From NCBI GenBank assembly GCA_963934255.1, contig CAWVXU010000014.1:1-41496 (forward strand): a stretch of DNA of 41,496 nucleotides, written 5' to 3'. The stretch is from an uncultured Fibrobacterales bacterium (GTDB lineage Bacteria; Fibrobacterota; Fibrobacteria; Fibrobacterales; CAWVXU01). The notes under the pieces are model-generated. The model searched no databases. It was not told where the DNA came from and saw only the letters and a list, made by a program, of their open reading frames with translations. Every line of letters begins with the position of its first letter. Positions within the stretch are counted from its first letter, which is position 1. Position numbers and translations under genes: made by a program. This document shows positions 10,207 through 22,697 of the stretch, one piece after another.

Positions 10207-11030
10207 CTCAAAATATTAATTCTCCAACTGATAATCATGCTCAAACCGCTACTCATACTTATGTCGACACACATTGCCACCTAGACAGTATTTTGACTAA
10301 GGCCAATATTCTCGATTATACAACTCTAAAGCAAGAATTCCCTCCCGAGTTTGAGAAAGCAATACACATTGCCTGTTCGAAAGAATCCATTAATTTTGCT
10401 TGTGAAATCATTCAACAGCCTGAAGTTTACGCAGGCGTTGGCATACACCCACATGATGCTAAAGATTATGACGACACCCTCCATCAAGAAATTATTTCAC
10501 TGATGGCGAACCCTAAGGTCCTTGCATGGGGGGAAATCGGATTGGATTACCATTATGATTTTTCTCCTAGAGAAATTCAAAAAATTGTATTTGAAAGACA
10601 ATTAATACAAGCTGTTGAAATGGAAAAGCCTATCATCATCCACACTCGAGAGGCCAATGAAGATACAATTGAAATCCTTACCAAACATTTAAATGAAGAA
10701 ACTCGAGTTCACATTCATTGCTTTACTGGCACCAATGATTTTGCACAGCAATTACTCAAGCTCCCAGGTACCATCTATTTCGGTTTTACAGGTGTCATCA
10801 CATTTAGAAATGCCGATGCCATTCGAGAGGCACTTCAAAACATCCCTATAGAGCTAATCCTTTTAGAGACCGATGCTCCCTATATGGCACCAATTCCATT
10901 TCGAGGTAAACCAGCCCATCCCGGCCACATTCCCTTCATAGCCGCCAAAATTGCTGAGGTCAAATCACTTCCAGTCAAAGAAGTGTTTGATATTTGTCGT
11001 GAGAATACTCGCAATATGTATGGGATTTGA
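10203..11030 (+). CDS. tatD: TatD family metal-dependent DNase
   Basis: DTHCHL, GIHPH, GEIGLDY, IIIHTRE, HCFTG, LETDAPY; ATGA overlap with greB. Confidence 0.9.
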   Translation: MTQNINSPTDNHAQTATHTYVDTHCHLDSILTKANILDYTTLKQEFPPEFEKAIHIACSKESINFACEIIQQPEVYAGVGIHPHDAKDYDDTLHQEIISLMANPKVLAWGEIGLDYHYDFSPREIQKIVFERQLIQAVEMEKPIIIHTREANEDTIEILTKHLNEETRVHIHCFTGTNDFAQQLLKLPGTIYFGFTGVITFRNADAIREALQNIPIELILLETDAPYMAPIPFRGKPAHPGHIPFIAAKIAEVKSLPVKEVFDICRENTRNMYGI

Positions 11031-11043
11031 TATAAAAATTAAT

Positions 11044-11688
11044 ATGAAATTATTGAGTTCTAAAATTCGTGTTTTGGCTCTAGCGATTCTTATTTTCGTT
11101 GGTATTCTCTGTATTTTAGTGCCCTATCGATATACTTCAATCATGGCTCAAAACCATATATACAGTGATGTCAAGTCAATCCCTTTTCAAAAAGTCGGTC
11201 TTTTATTAGGAACAAGTAAGTTTAGACCCAACAATACTCTAAACCTTTTTTACAAGAATCGAATTGCTGCTACTATTCTACTCTACCGTGAAAAAAAAAT
11301 AAGCCATATTTTAATCAGTGGCGACAATGCACACCGAAGCTACAATGAACCCAACACCATCCTTAAAGATCTACTTAAAGCCGGAATCCCTCGTGGAAAG
11401 ATCACCTTAGATTACGCAGGGTTTAGGACACTAGATTCAGTGATTCGAGCCCACCTTATATTTGGTCAAAAAAGTTTTACTATCATCAGTCAACAGTTTC
11501 ATAATGAACGAGCGGTATACATAGCCCATCAATATGGGATCCAAGCTAACGCATATAACGCCAAAACCCCACCCGGCTTATCCAAAATGAAAATGGAAAT
11601 TCGTGAGCATTTAGCCCGAATATTGATGTTTTGGGACATAATATTTCAGACAGAACCAAAATTTTTAGGCTCTCAAGAAATCATCTAA
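11044..11688 (+). CDS. sanA: SanA/YdcF (DUF218) membrane-anchored protein
   Basis: N-terminal TM, GLLLGTSK, ISGDN, YNEP, LDYAGFRTLDSVIRA, SQQFHNERA, REHLAR. ATG 11044 preferred. Confidence 0.85.
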   Translation: MKLLSSKIRVLALAILIFVGILCILVPYRYTSIMAQNHIYSDVKSIPFQKVGLLLGTSKFRPNNTLNLFYKNRIAATILLYREKKISHILISGDNAHRSYNEPNTILKDLLKAGIPRGKITLDYAGFRTLDSVIRAHLIFGQKSFTIISQQFHNERAVYIAHQYGIQANAYNAKTPPGLSKMKMEIREHLARILMFWDIIFQTEPKFLGSQEII

Positions 11689-11742
11689 TACTTCATAAAT
11701 CAACCTTTTTTTGTATATTTAGGCCCAATTGTACGACTTTAA

Positions 11743-13980
<2,238 letters not shown>

Positions 13981-14004
13981 ACAACCAAATTTTAAAACAT
14001 CATA

Positions 14005-14035
14005 AGCTACCCTCTCAGATGAGTGGGTAGTTTTT
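14005..14035 (+). terminator. Intrinsic terminator after icd
   Basis: AGCTACCC-TCTC-AGAT-GAGT-GGGTAG followed by TTTTT. Confidence 0.75.
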
Positions 14036-14157
14036 AATATCAAACAATACTATTTATATCCTAACTATAGCAGTTCACTGATACTTTGCTTTTAAATACA
14101 AAACAAATAAGTTGTATTTGAATTCAAAAGAATGATATAATTCACTAAAACTCTGAT

Positions 14158-16704
14158 TTGGTAATAACAATTTTGTACGAACCAGCACCTATTCTTGCAA
14201 CTATATTCTTAACATCCACAGGCATTATGATTTTTGCGGGGTTTGTCTTTCTTGGATATGGGTTAGTTTCAGTTACTCAAAAACGCTATTTTCTTATTAT
14301 TGGCTCTTCTTCGCTTATTGCTAGTGCATATAATTTTTTTACTTTCTTTTACCTCACATCGATTGATATTACTGAATCAATATTATGGATGAAATTACAA
14401 TCCATTTGTATTACATTATTTTTCCCATTGTACTTATGGTTTATCTTGATAAGCTCTAATCATAAAAAAGCTGACTTGATCTTTCGAGTATTTCTAATAC
14501 CAAGCCTCATAATACTTGTCATCAAGATAACTTCACCAACAGCGGCCAAACTCATAGAAGTGACTGGCAATAAAACTGTTGAACTCCCATGGGGCGAAAT
14601 AATTCATGTTGTACAAGGTTCAGCTCATCCTGCCTATATTTTCACGCTTATTGGACCAATATTAATTATTACTTGGTCAATCATACGAGGATATAAGATG
14701 ATTGCCATGGGTAATCCATTTTGGGGATATACTTTTACTTTAACTTCCATTGGCTTTCTTATTTGCTCCCTCATGACCATAATGATTACTAGTGGGTATT
14801 TAAATTTTTTCTATACTGGCGGACTTATTTTTGGAGCTTACGTCATCGCAGCATGTTTGAAAATTTTCGTTGATACTCATAAGTTTCGTATAAATTTAGA
14901 GAAGACAAATAAAATCCGAGTGCGTCATGAAGAAACCCTATTCCATATCACTAAGACCATCAACCATCAATATCATGGAAACTATTATGATGAGTTGGTA
15001 AAGAATATTCAAAAAACTTTTCAAATTGAAATGGTATTTATTTCGTTATATAACCGCGAGAATTCCGCTACAATTATTGCTTTTCAAAGATATGGTGACA
15101 AATTAAATCCCTTCACATATAAAATCAAAGATACGCCCTTTGAAGACATCAGGAATAACATCCCTTGCTCCTTTGGTAAGAACATTCAGGAAAAGTACCC
15201 CCAATCTGAGTTCTTAAAAAAATACAATGCCCAAAGTTTTATTGGTCGCCCCATTTACAATGAGAAGCTTGAGATTATTGGCAACCTGGTGATCATGGAT
15301 CAAGAAATAATGGGCGACTTGTCATTCAATTGCAAAACCTTAGATATTTTCGTTAACCATTTGAGTAATCAAATTCAACAAATAAACAATCAAAAACAGC
15401 TTGAGTTATTAGCGTACACTGATTACTTAACTGGGCTTTATAACCGACCAAAATTTTATCTAAGCCTATCTGAGACCTTAGAGTCCGCGATTAAATTTCA
15501 ACATAATTGCACCTTATTTTATTTGGACTTAGATAAATTTAAGGATATAAATAGTTTCCTTGGCAATGAGATGGCCGACCATATCCTAATGATATTAGGA
15601 CATCGTTTTCTTAATCAAGAGATTGAAGGCATGACACCTTATCGCCTAACTGGTGATGAATTCTTATTTATTCATGAGAAATATGACAAAGAAATTGATT
15701 CTCGCAATACTGCTCAAAGGCTCCATGACTTAGTTGTTACACCAATTATTATGGGTGACCATCATATTCAAATTAATTGCTCCATAGGATATATAGAGTA
15801 TCCTTCTCAAGTTCAAGCAGAAGAAGATATTCTGCAATTTGCAGAGACTGCTCTGAAACAAGCCAAAGAAATAGACTCTCAGCATCAATCAAAAATTTTC
15901 AAATTTGACCCAACATTTCAAAAGTCGCTCAATCAAAAAAAAGACCTCGAGGAAGAATTAAGGCAAGCGATTCATCAAGACCACTTTGAGCTATACATCC
16001 AACCTCAAATTGATGAAAATGAACTTCCATTTGGAGGTGAATTCCTCATCAGGTGGAATCATAAAGAAAGAGGTTTCATATCACCTACGGAGTTTATTCC
16101 TCTAGCTGAAGAGTCAGAATTAATGGAAGAATTAGGCGAATGGGTACTAGAAGAGGCAATTAAACACATAGCCCGATGGCGTAACAACAATATACCCTAC
16201 CCACCACATATGTCTATCAATATTTCTGCAAAACAATTTGATAAGGATAACTTCATCGCCAAAATAACCAAACTCATAGATGATTATAAAGTTCCACCTT
16301 CACACATTGTATTAGAAGTTACAGAAACTGCTGTAGTTGACGACCAGGCTAGTACTATTAAGAAATTAAAACACTTACAAAAACTAGGTTTTGAAATTGC
16401 GTTGGATGATTTCGGCACGGGCTATTCATCGTTGGCTTACCTCAAAGACTTACCCATCAACTATATCAAAATTGATAAGACATTTGTAGACCCGTTAGAA
16501 CATGAAGAAACCGATGGACTTGTAGAAACAATCATCTCAATGGGCCGTCACATGAGGCTAAATGTTATTGCTGAAGGTACTGTAACAGAAGCTCAAGTGA
16601 TGAGACTCAAACAATATGGATGTAAATTATTCCAAGGATATTACTATGCTCGTCCCATGCCTGTGACAGACTTTGAAAATTGGATTTTAAGAAAGCTTGG
16701 TTAA
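14158..16704 (+). CDS. Multi-TM GAF-GGDEF-EAL protein, probable c-di-GMP phosphodiesterase
   Basis: Several hydrophobic N-terminal segments, GAF-like region, DYLTGLYNR, degenerate TGDEF, EFLIRW, DDFGTGYSSL, IKIDKTFV, FQGYYY. Start codon uncertain. Confidence 0.85.
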   Translation: MVITILYEPAPILATIFLTSTGIMIFAGFVFLGYGLVSVTQKRYFLIIGSSSLIASAYNFFTFFYLTSIDITESILWMKLQSICITLFFPLYLWFILISSNHKKADLIFRVFLIPSLIILVIKITSPTAAKLIEVTGNKTVELPWGEIIHVVQGSAHPAYIFTLIGPILIITWSIIRGYKMIAMGNPFWGYTFTLTSIGFLICSLMTIMITSGYLNFFYTGGLIFGAYVIAACLKIFVDTHKFRINLEKTNKIRVRHEETLFHITKTINHQYHGNYYDELVKNIQKTFQIEMVFISLYNRENSATIIAFQRYGDKLNPFTYKIKDTPFEDIRNNIPCSFGKNIQEKYPQSEFLKKYNAQSFIGRPIYNEKLEIIGNLVIMDQEIMGDLSFNCKTLDIFVNHLSNQIQQINNQKQLELLAYTDYLTGLYNRPKFYLSLSETLESAIKFQHNCTLFYLDLDKFKDINSFLGNEMADHILMILGHRFLNQEIEGMTPYRLTGDEFLFIHEKYDKEIDSRNTAQRLHDLVVTPIIMGDHHIQINCSIGYIEYPSQVQAEEDILQFAETALKQAKEIDSQHQSKIFKFDPTFQKSLNQKKDLEEELRQAIHQDHFELYIQPQIDENELPFGGEFLIRWNHKERGFISPTEFIPLAEESELMEELGEWVLEEAIKHIARWRNNNIPYPPHMSINISAKQFDKDNFIAKITKLIDDYKVPPSHIVLEVTETAVVDDQASTIKKLKHLQKLGFEIALDDFGTGYSSLAYLKDLPINYIKIDKTFVDPLEHEETDGLVETIISMGRHMRLNVIAEGTVTEAQVMRLKQYGCKLFQGYYYARPMPVTDFENWILRKLG

Positions 16705-17123
16705 TTAAATGTCACTGCTTTTTTTAAACGCTGTTTAATAATTCGTTTATTTGCTTCATCAGTCGCTTTTTCAATGACCTTTAGCTCTTGTCTATTTTCA
16801 AAGACTTGCTTCTCCCATTGCTGAATTTCCTCATCAATTAGAATTTGCATATTATGTAATTCTAGGCGTCGAATCTCTAATTCTTTTTTCAAATCACGAC
16901 GTGATTCGCCAAGAAAAACATCATCTGAAGCAATTTCCAAAGACTCAAGTAAATCAAAGTATTCGTCTTGATAAGTATGGTACGCATCTAGAGAATCAAT
17001 ATAAATACTCACTGAATGTTCAACTAGTGAACGATTATAATTCGGCGAACAAGCATTACCCATGGCAGTTATTACTCCAAGGGTCGCAAAGGCCAAAATT
17101 TTAGATTGACTTATTCTTGCCAT
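16701..17123 (-). CDS. Hypothetical coiled-coil protein, probable lipoprotein
   Basis: Signal-like N-terminus ending GNAC; E/K/L/R-rich helical body; ATG directly follows the upstream gene's TAA. Confidence 0.6.
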   Translation of the reverse strand: MARISQSKILAFATLGVITAMGNACSPNYNRSLVEHSVSIYIDSLDAYHTYQDEYFDLLESLEIASDDVFLGESRRDLKKELEIRRLELHNMQILIDEEIQQWEKQVFENRQELKVIEKATDEANKRIIKQRLKKAVTFN

Positions 17124-18029
17124 TTACTTCTTGACCTCAGGATATGCATATATAGATTCATTAAATCGATGCGACAAAACCTCTTGAGTTTCACCCGTTT
17201 CAATATGAACAATGACATTAGTCTGTCGCTCATTGAGAGACATTTTACAAATTCTAGAGCTACTGATGTCAATCCAAACAGTTAAACGACCAATACCAAT
17301 GCCCTCTTTAAATTTAAATACATCGTATTCTTCACCTTTAGGCTTCATGAGCGCCCGCATTTGTTCGTAGATCAGGGCGTTTCTTTTTAGAGTCTTCGTA
17401 TAGTGAACATTATAACGCAAGCAATCGATATCGCCCATCGGCTCGACTCGAAGTGAAATCACCGAATCAATATTCACAAGCCCAAATTTTTTCTGTTGAA
17501 CAAGGTGTGTCACATTTGCTAATAAGGGTATTTTACCTTTGAGAACATGAGTTAAATCCCACTCAAGCTTTAAATCTTGAGCAAATTGAGCCGGAAAAAC
17601 TGGATTGGAAAGTTCTTTTTCATATTTGCTCGGAAGATGTAAATTAGGAACGACCGTTTTGGTAAAATCATTAAAACCTTCTACGGCATAGATCTTATGA
17701 TCTTTAATTTCGTATTCAATGGGAGTCATATAAGCAAGCTCCCAAGAAAGAGTCTTACTCAAGTAGCCAGAATTGTTTTTGTTAATAAAGCGTCTTTTTA
17801 GCTTCATACCTGAACCTTGACCGACAATGTCTTCTTCTGTGTATATCTTAAACTGACTTCCAATGAACTCTTTACCATTGATGACATTTGAATAAATACT
17901 CGTGCGAGTTACCTCTCGAAGCCCATTATAGGTGAAATTAGGGTTCAAATCAACTTCGCTTTTACACGCATTTAAACTAAATAAAGTCAAAAATGACACA
18001 AGAATAAGGGATTTTTTTTTCAACAACAT
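17124..18029 (-). CDS. Hypothetical lipoprotein
   Basis: KKK, hydrophobic stretch and LNAC lipobox; GGAG RBS upstream; 301 aa with no domain I recognise. Confidence 0.7.
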   Translation of the reverse strand: MLLKKKSLILVSFLTLFSLNACKSEVDLNPNFTYNGLREVTRTSIYSNVINGKEFIGSQFKIYTEEDIVGQGSGMKLKRRFINKNNSGYLSKTLSWELAYMTPIEYEIKDHKIYAVEGFNDFTKTVVPNLHLPSKYEKELSNPVFPAQFAQDLKLEWDLTHVLKGKIPLLANVTHLVQQKKFGLVNIDSVISLRVEPMGDIDCLRYNVHYTKTLKRNALIYEQMRALMKPKGEEYDVFKFKEGIGIGRLTVWIDISSSRICKMSLNERQTNVIVHIETGETQEVLSHRFNESIYAYPEVKK

Positions 18030-18161
18030 GCAAGCTCCACTTGGCTAAGATATTTAAAAGATAATAAGTTGGACAAGCTATTTCCATTATTCTCTGTAAA
18101 GAAGATTTTGCTTTCAGGCTTTACTATATTTATATGTATCTAAACTACACTCGAGGATCAT

Positions 18162-19652
18162 ATGGCATTAGGATTAACAACAACCGCATCTATCACTAAA
18201 AAAACAAGTGTAGCATTCTTCATTAAAGAAGGAAAACCTCAATTTGGAGTCAAAAGTAAAGAATTATCCAGCCTGACTCAAAAGGGGTTAGATCAACTTG
18301 TCAAATTAGAAGCTAAAGGCTCAAGCACTGCTACCTTTTTGGGAGAAGACTCTCCTAGCGCAGTCGCTCAGATTAAAGCCATTCCGGGACTTGATGAATC
18401 CGAAGAAATCCGCATGGCAGCATATAACCTCGGTCTTGAACTCAAGAAACAAGGTTTAATCAAAACTGTGATCCTTGTGTCTGACATCAGCTCATCAAAT
18501 TTCACTGCAGTAGTTGAGGGCTTACTTTTTGCTCAGTACAGCTTCGATACTCACAAATCTGCAAAAAGCAAAGCCTTACCCATTCAATGGAAGGTCGCAA
18601 TCTCTGAGACTGCCAAAAAAGAACTCACTGCTGTTTTTAAATCCACAAGTAAAATCATCGCTGGCGTTGAAACCACACGTGATCTTGTGAACGAGCCAGG
18701 CGGAAGCTTGACTCCTCAAATTTTTGTCAAGAGAATTCAACAAACTTTTAAAGATGATTCAAGAATCACACTGAAAGTCCGCAACAAAGCTCAACTTGAA
18801 AAAGAAGGTTTTAACGGACTTCTGACTGTAGGCCGGGGTGGGATTAACCCACCAGTGATGGTCACAATTAATTATAAGCCTAAAAAAGTATCACCAGCAG
18901 CTAAGGGCACTAAATTAGGCCTTGTTGGTAAAGGTGTCACTTTTGATACAGGCGGTATCTCGCTCAAACCACCAGGAACCATGTGGGAAATGCGCATGGA
19001 CATGGGTGGAGCAGGAACTGTCATCGGTGCCATGCAAGCCATCGCTGATCTTGATCTTCCTATTCCAGTTGTAGCAGTTGTGTGTTTAACTGAAAATCGC
19101 CCAGGTGTAGATGCAGTTCTTCCTGGTGATATTTTCACAGCCAAAAACGGCAAAACAATTCAAGTTGAAAATACGGATGCTGAAGGTCGATTGATTTTGA
19201 CTGATGGACTAGCTGAAGCTGGTCTTCAAAAAGCAACTCATATTATTGACTTAGCTACTTTGACTGGCGCAATTATTCGTGCTATTGGTATGAGCATCAC
19301 AGGACTCTTTTCAAATAACGAAGAGCTTGCTGATAAGATTACCCAAGCCGGTGCCAAATCAGGTGAGAAATTTTGGCGACTACCGCTTGATATGGAATAT
19401 CGTGCAAGTTTAGATGACAAAGTGGCTGACATGAAAAACATCGGTGGCGACGCTGGCTCCATTACAGCTGGACTCTTTTTACAAGAGTTTGTTCCAGAGA
19501 ATACTCCATGGGCTCATTTGGATATTGCAGGTACTGCATTTACAACCAAACCTTGGAAATATTACAACTGGGGTGCAACAGGGTGGGGCGTCAGATCTCT
19601 CGTTAACTTGACTGAAGAACTAGCCCGCGACAAAAATTCTAAAAATAAATAG
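18162..19652 (+). CDS. pepA: Leucyl aminopeptidase (M17)
   Basis: LVGKGVTFDTGGISLK, DMGGA, NTDAEGRL, DLATLTGA, WAHLDIAG; GAGGA RBS. Confidence 0.92.
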   Translation: MALGLTTTASITKKTSVAFFIKEGKPQFGVKSKELSSLTQKGLDQLVKLEAKGSSTATFLGEDSPSAVAQIKAIPGLDESEEIRMAAYNLGLELKKQGLIKTVILVSDISSSNFTAVVEGLLFAQYSFDTHKSAKSKALPIQWKVAISETAKKELTAVFKSTSKIIAGVETTRDLVNEPGGSLTPQIFVKRIQQTFKDDSRITLKVRNKAQLEKEGFNGLLTVGRGGINPPVMVTINYKPKKVSPAAKGTKLGLVGKGVTFDTGGISLKPPGTMWEMRMDMGGAGTVIGAMQAIADLDLPIPVVAVVCLTENRPGVDAVLPGDIFTAKNGKTIQVENTDAEGRLILTDGLAEAGLQKATHIIDLATLTGAIIRAIGMSITGLFSNNEELADKITQAGAKSGEKFWRLPLDMEYRASLDDKVADMKNIGGDAGSITAGLFLQEFVPENTPWAHLDIAGTAFTTKPWKYYNWGATGWGVRSLVNLTEELARDKNSKNK

Positions 19653-19674
19653 CATATATGCCTAAGGAATTAAG

Positions 19675-21465
19675 ATGGATAAAGTAGCAGTATTAGATTT
19701 CGGTGGACAATATGCACACCTCATTGCCAACAGAGTGAGACGCCTTGGTGTCTATACCGAAATCCAACACTCCAATGTAGAAGCTTCTGCACTCAAAGGT
19801 TACACCGGAATTATACTTTCTGGTGGTCCTTCAAGTGTATATAAAGACGGTGCACCTACGATTGATGCTGGTATTTTTGAGCTGGGTATCCCTATTCTTG
19901 GTATTTGTTATGGACATCAAATTATGAATCAATCTTTGGGCGGAAAAGTTCAAGGTTCTGATGTTCATGAATTTGGTGTGGCGGATTTGGAAGTAACTGC
20001 TTCGACGAACCCACTACTCAAAGACCTCCCTACTCTCAGCCCGATGTGGATGAGTCATGGAGACAAAGTTGCCATTGTTGCACCTGGATTTCAATCTATT
20101 GCTATTACTGAGGATTGTGATACAGCAGCTGTAGCCAACATGGACAAGAACTTCTATGGGATTCAATTCCACCCCGAAGTCACTCATTCCAAATTCGGTT
20201 CCAAGTTGATGGAAAACTTTCTAGACATTTGTGGCTGTGCCAAAGATTGGTCTATGAAGTCTTATTTCAAAGATATTGAAGCACGCATCATCGCTCAAAC
20301 TCCAACGCATAAAAAAATATTCCTCCTAGTCTCTGGTGGTGTTGATTCTACAGTCGCTTTTGTCATGCTCAATAAAATTTTCGGTAAAGATCGAGTCTTT
20401 GGACTTCACATTGATACTGGAATGATGCGCATGAATGAGTCAGCTGAAGTGGTTAAGTTTCTCCACAAAGCTGATATGGAAAACTTAAAAGTCGTTGATG
20501 ACTCTGATTTGTTTTTAGATGCCCTCAAAGGTAAAATAGAACCAGAAGACAAACGACATACCATAGGTGAGACCTTCCTTAGATCCAAAGAAATCGAAAG
20601 TGAAAACTTAGGTTTTGATCCTAAAGAATGGATCCTTGCTCAAGGTACAATATACCCAGATACAATTGAATCTGGCGGCACTGATAATGCAGATACAATC
20701 AAAACTCATCACAATCGGGTGCAGGGTATCTTGGACTTAATGGCCGAAGGCCTCATCCTAGAGCCACTAGCTGAACTATATAAAGACGAAGTCCGCGAAC
20801 TCGGTGAAGAGCTGGGGATCCCTCGTGAGCTTGTTTGGCGTCACCCATTTCCAGGACCAGGACTTGGAGTCAGATTGCTCTGCTCAAATGGGGAGCCGGT
20901 TGGTAAATCAAATTCTGAAATCCCCGGACTTGAAGCATATCTTGGTGAGCAAAATTGGCAAGGGCTAGCACTACCTATTCAATCTGTCGGTGTTCAAGGC
21001 GATGCCAGATCATACGCACAGCCTTTTGTCCTCCAAGGCAAACACTCTTGGAAAGAATGCGAAAAAGCTTCAACCACGATTACTAATAGGTTCCGTGACC
21101 TCAATCGAGTAGTCCTTGAAATAGGCACTCTGACGGGTGAATATCAAGTCATCCCTCATTACTGCGAAAGAGAACGATTTGATTTGCTACGCAAAATGGA
21201 CTCGCTTTGTACCGACTTTCTCTATGAGCACGACCTCTACGATGCTGTTTGGCAAATGCCCGTAGTACTCTTGCCTCTCACGGTACAAGACAAACCTGTA
21301 CTTGTACTTCGCCCAGTTAATTCTAGTGAAGCAATGACGGCTAATTTCTGTGAAATTGACCCCAATTTACTCGAGCAACTTTGGCAGACATTAAAAGAAG
21401 CTGGCGCTGGTGGAGTATTGTATGACATCACTCATAAACCGCCTGGCACCATCGAATGGGAATAA
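19675..21465 (+). CDS. guaA: GMP synthase (glutamine-hydrolysing)
   Basis: LDFGGQY, GICYGHQ, QFHPEV, SGGVDS, IKTHHN, RHPFPGPGLGVR, KPPGTIEWE. Confidence 0.95.
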   Translation: MDKVAVLDFGGQYAHLIANRVRRLGVYTEIQHSNVEASALKGYTGIILSGGPSSVYKDGAPTIDAGIFELGIPILGICYGHQIMNQSLGGKVQGSDVHEFGVADLEVTASTNPLLKDLPTLSPMWMSHGDKVAIVAPGFQSIAITEDCDTAAVANMDKNFYGIQFHPEVTHSKFGSKLMENFLDICGCAKDWSMKSYFKDIEARIIAQTPTHKKIFLLVSGGVDSTVAFVMLNKIFGKDRVFGLHIDTGMMRMNESAEVVKFLHKADMENLKVVDDSDLFLDALKGKIEPEDKRHTIGETFLRSKEIESENLGFDPKEWILAQGTIYPDTIESGGTDNADTIKTHHNRVQGILDLMAEGLILEPLAELYKDEVRELGEELGIPRELVWRHPFPGPGLGVRLLCSNGEPVGKSNSEIPGLEAYLGEQNWQGLALPIQSVGVQGDARSYAQPFVLQGKHSWKECEKASTTITNRFRDLNRVVLEIGTLTGEYQVIPHYCERERFDLLRKMDSLCTDFLYEHDLYDAVWQMPVVLLPLTVQDKPVLVLRPVNSSEAMTANFCEIDPNLLEQLWQTLKEAGAGGVLYDITHKPPGTIEWE

Positions 21466-21474
21466 GTAAAATCT

Positions 21475-22668
21475 ATGTTTGATTTAGACGATAGCAGAAC
21501 TGCTAAAGAAAAATGTATCCTCATTGGTGTGGCAGCTGGTAAAATACGCATACACCAAGCCGAAGATTACATTGCTGAACTTCGCCGCCTCGCTGACACA
21601 GCAGAGGCCGAAGTCATTGAAACTATAATTCAACGTATGCCTAAGTACAATGCTTCGACTTTAGTGGGCTCTGGTAAACTAGAGGAAATACGCCAACGCT
21701 GTGAAATAACTGAAGCCAAACTCGTCATATTTGATGATGACTTAAGCGGGTCTCAAGCTAAAAATATTGAAGCCGTTTTGAAAAATGTAAAAGTACTCGA
21801 TCGCTCCGCGCTCATACTAGACATCTTCTCCAAACATGCGCGTACCCGTGAATCCAAAATTATGGTAGAGATTGCGCAAATGGAATACACGATGCCGCGT
21901 CTGACCAACATGTGGACTCACCTCTCCCGTCAAGTAGGTGGTATTGGTATGCGTGGACCAGGTGAATCACAGCTAGAAACAGATAAACGCCTTGTTCGCG
22001 CTCGTATCTCTGACCTCAAAAAACAACTCAAGAAAATTGAACGTGACCGTCAAGCTCAAGCTGACAAAAGAAACGTGACATTCCATATCGCCACAGTCGG
22101 CTACACCAATGCAGGCAAGTCTACTCTCACCAATCGTCTGACCAATGCCGGTGTATTAGTTGCGGATAAATTATTTGCCACACTTGATTCGACAACTCGT
22201 AAACTCTTTTTGAGTCATGAATGTGAAGTTGTAGTATCTGACACCGTTGGATTTATTCGCAAATTACCTCACCATCTAGTAGCAACATTTAGATCAACAT
22301 TAAGCGTGGTAGCCGAAGCTGACTTGGTGATGCATGTTTTGGATGCCTCGGCTCATGATTATACCGAGCATTTAGATGTGACCAATGAAGTCCTTTCAGG
22401 CATGATTAACGAGACAATTCCTAAACTTCTAGTACTCAACAAATGCGACACTCTCACTGAGGAGGAGCTAGTTGAATTCAAAGAAAAGTTTCCTGATGCA
22501 GTCTGTATTTCTGCTACTGAAAACACAGGTATTGATGAACTCAAACACCGTCTAGTCAAGGAGTCTGATACTTGGAAAGCCAAGCAGTTGGTGGGCGAGC
22601 GCAATATTGAGAAGGAACGTAAAAAACCATGGGCCGCTAGAGAAGACGATTGGTCTAAGATTAAATAA
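21475..22668 (+). CDS. hflX: Ribosome-splitting GTPase HflX
   Basis: RGPGESQLETD, GYTNAGKST, LFATLD, DTVGFI, NKCD. Confidence 0.95.
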   Translation: MFDLDDSRTAKEKCILIGVAAGKIRIHQAEDYIAELRRLADTAEAEVIETIIQRMPKYNASTLVGSGKLEEIRQRCEITEAKLVIFDDDLSGSQAKNIEAVLKNVKVLDRSALILDIFSKHARTRESKIMVEIAQMEYTMPRLTNMWTHLSRQVGGIGMRGPGESQLETDKRLVRARISDLKKQLKKIERDRQAQADKRNVTFHIATVGYTNAGKSTLTNRLTNAGVLVADKLFATLDSTTRKLFLSHECEVVVSDTVGFIRKLPHHLVATFRSTLSVVAEADLVMHVLDASAHDYTEHLDVTNEVLSGMINETIPKLLVLNKCDTLTEEELVEFKEKFPDAVCISATENTGIDELKHRLVKESDTWKAKQLVGERNIEKERKKPWAAREDDWSKIK

Positions 22669-22697
22669 CCAATGGTATTAGAATATAAGGAATCAAG

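Noticed and set aside
18990..19010. PepA MRMDM instead of MKxDM as a possible catalytic loss
   Set aside because: Arg occurs at this position in active M17 enzymes, and the metal and catalytic residues are intact.
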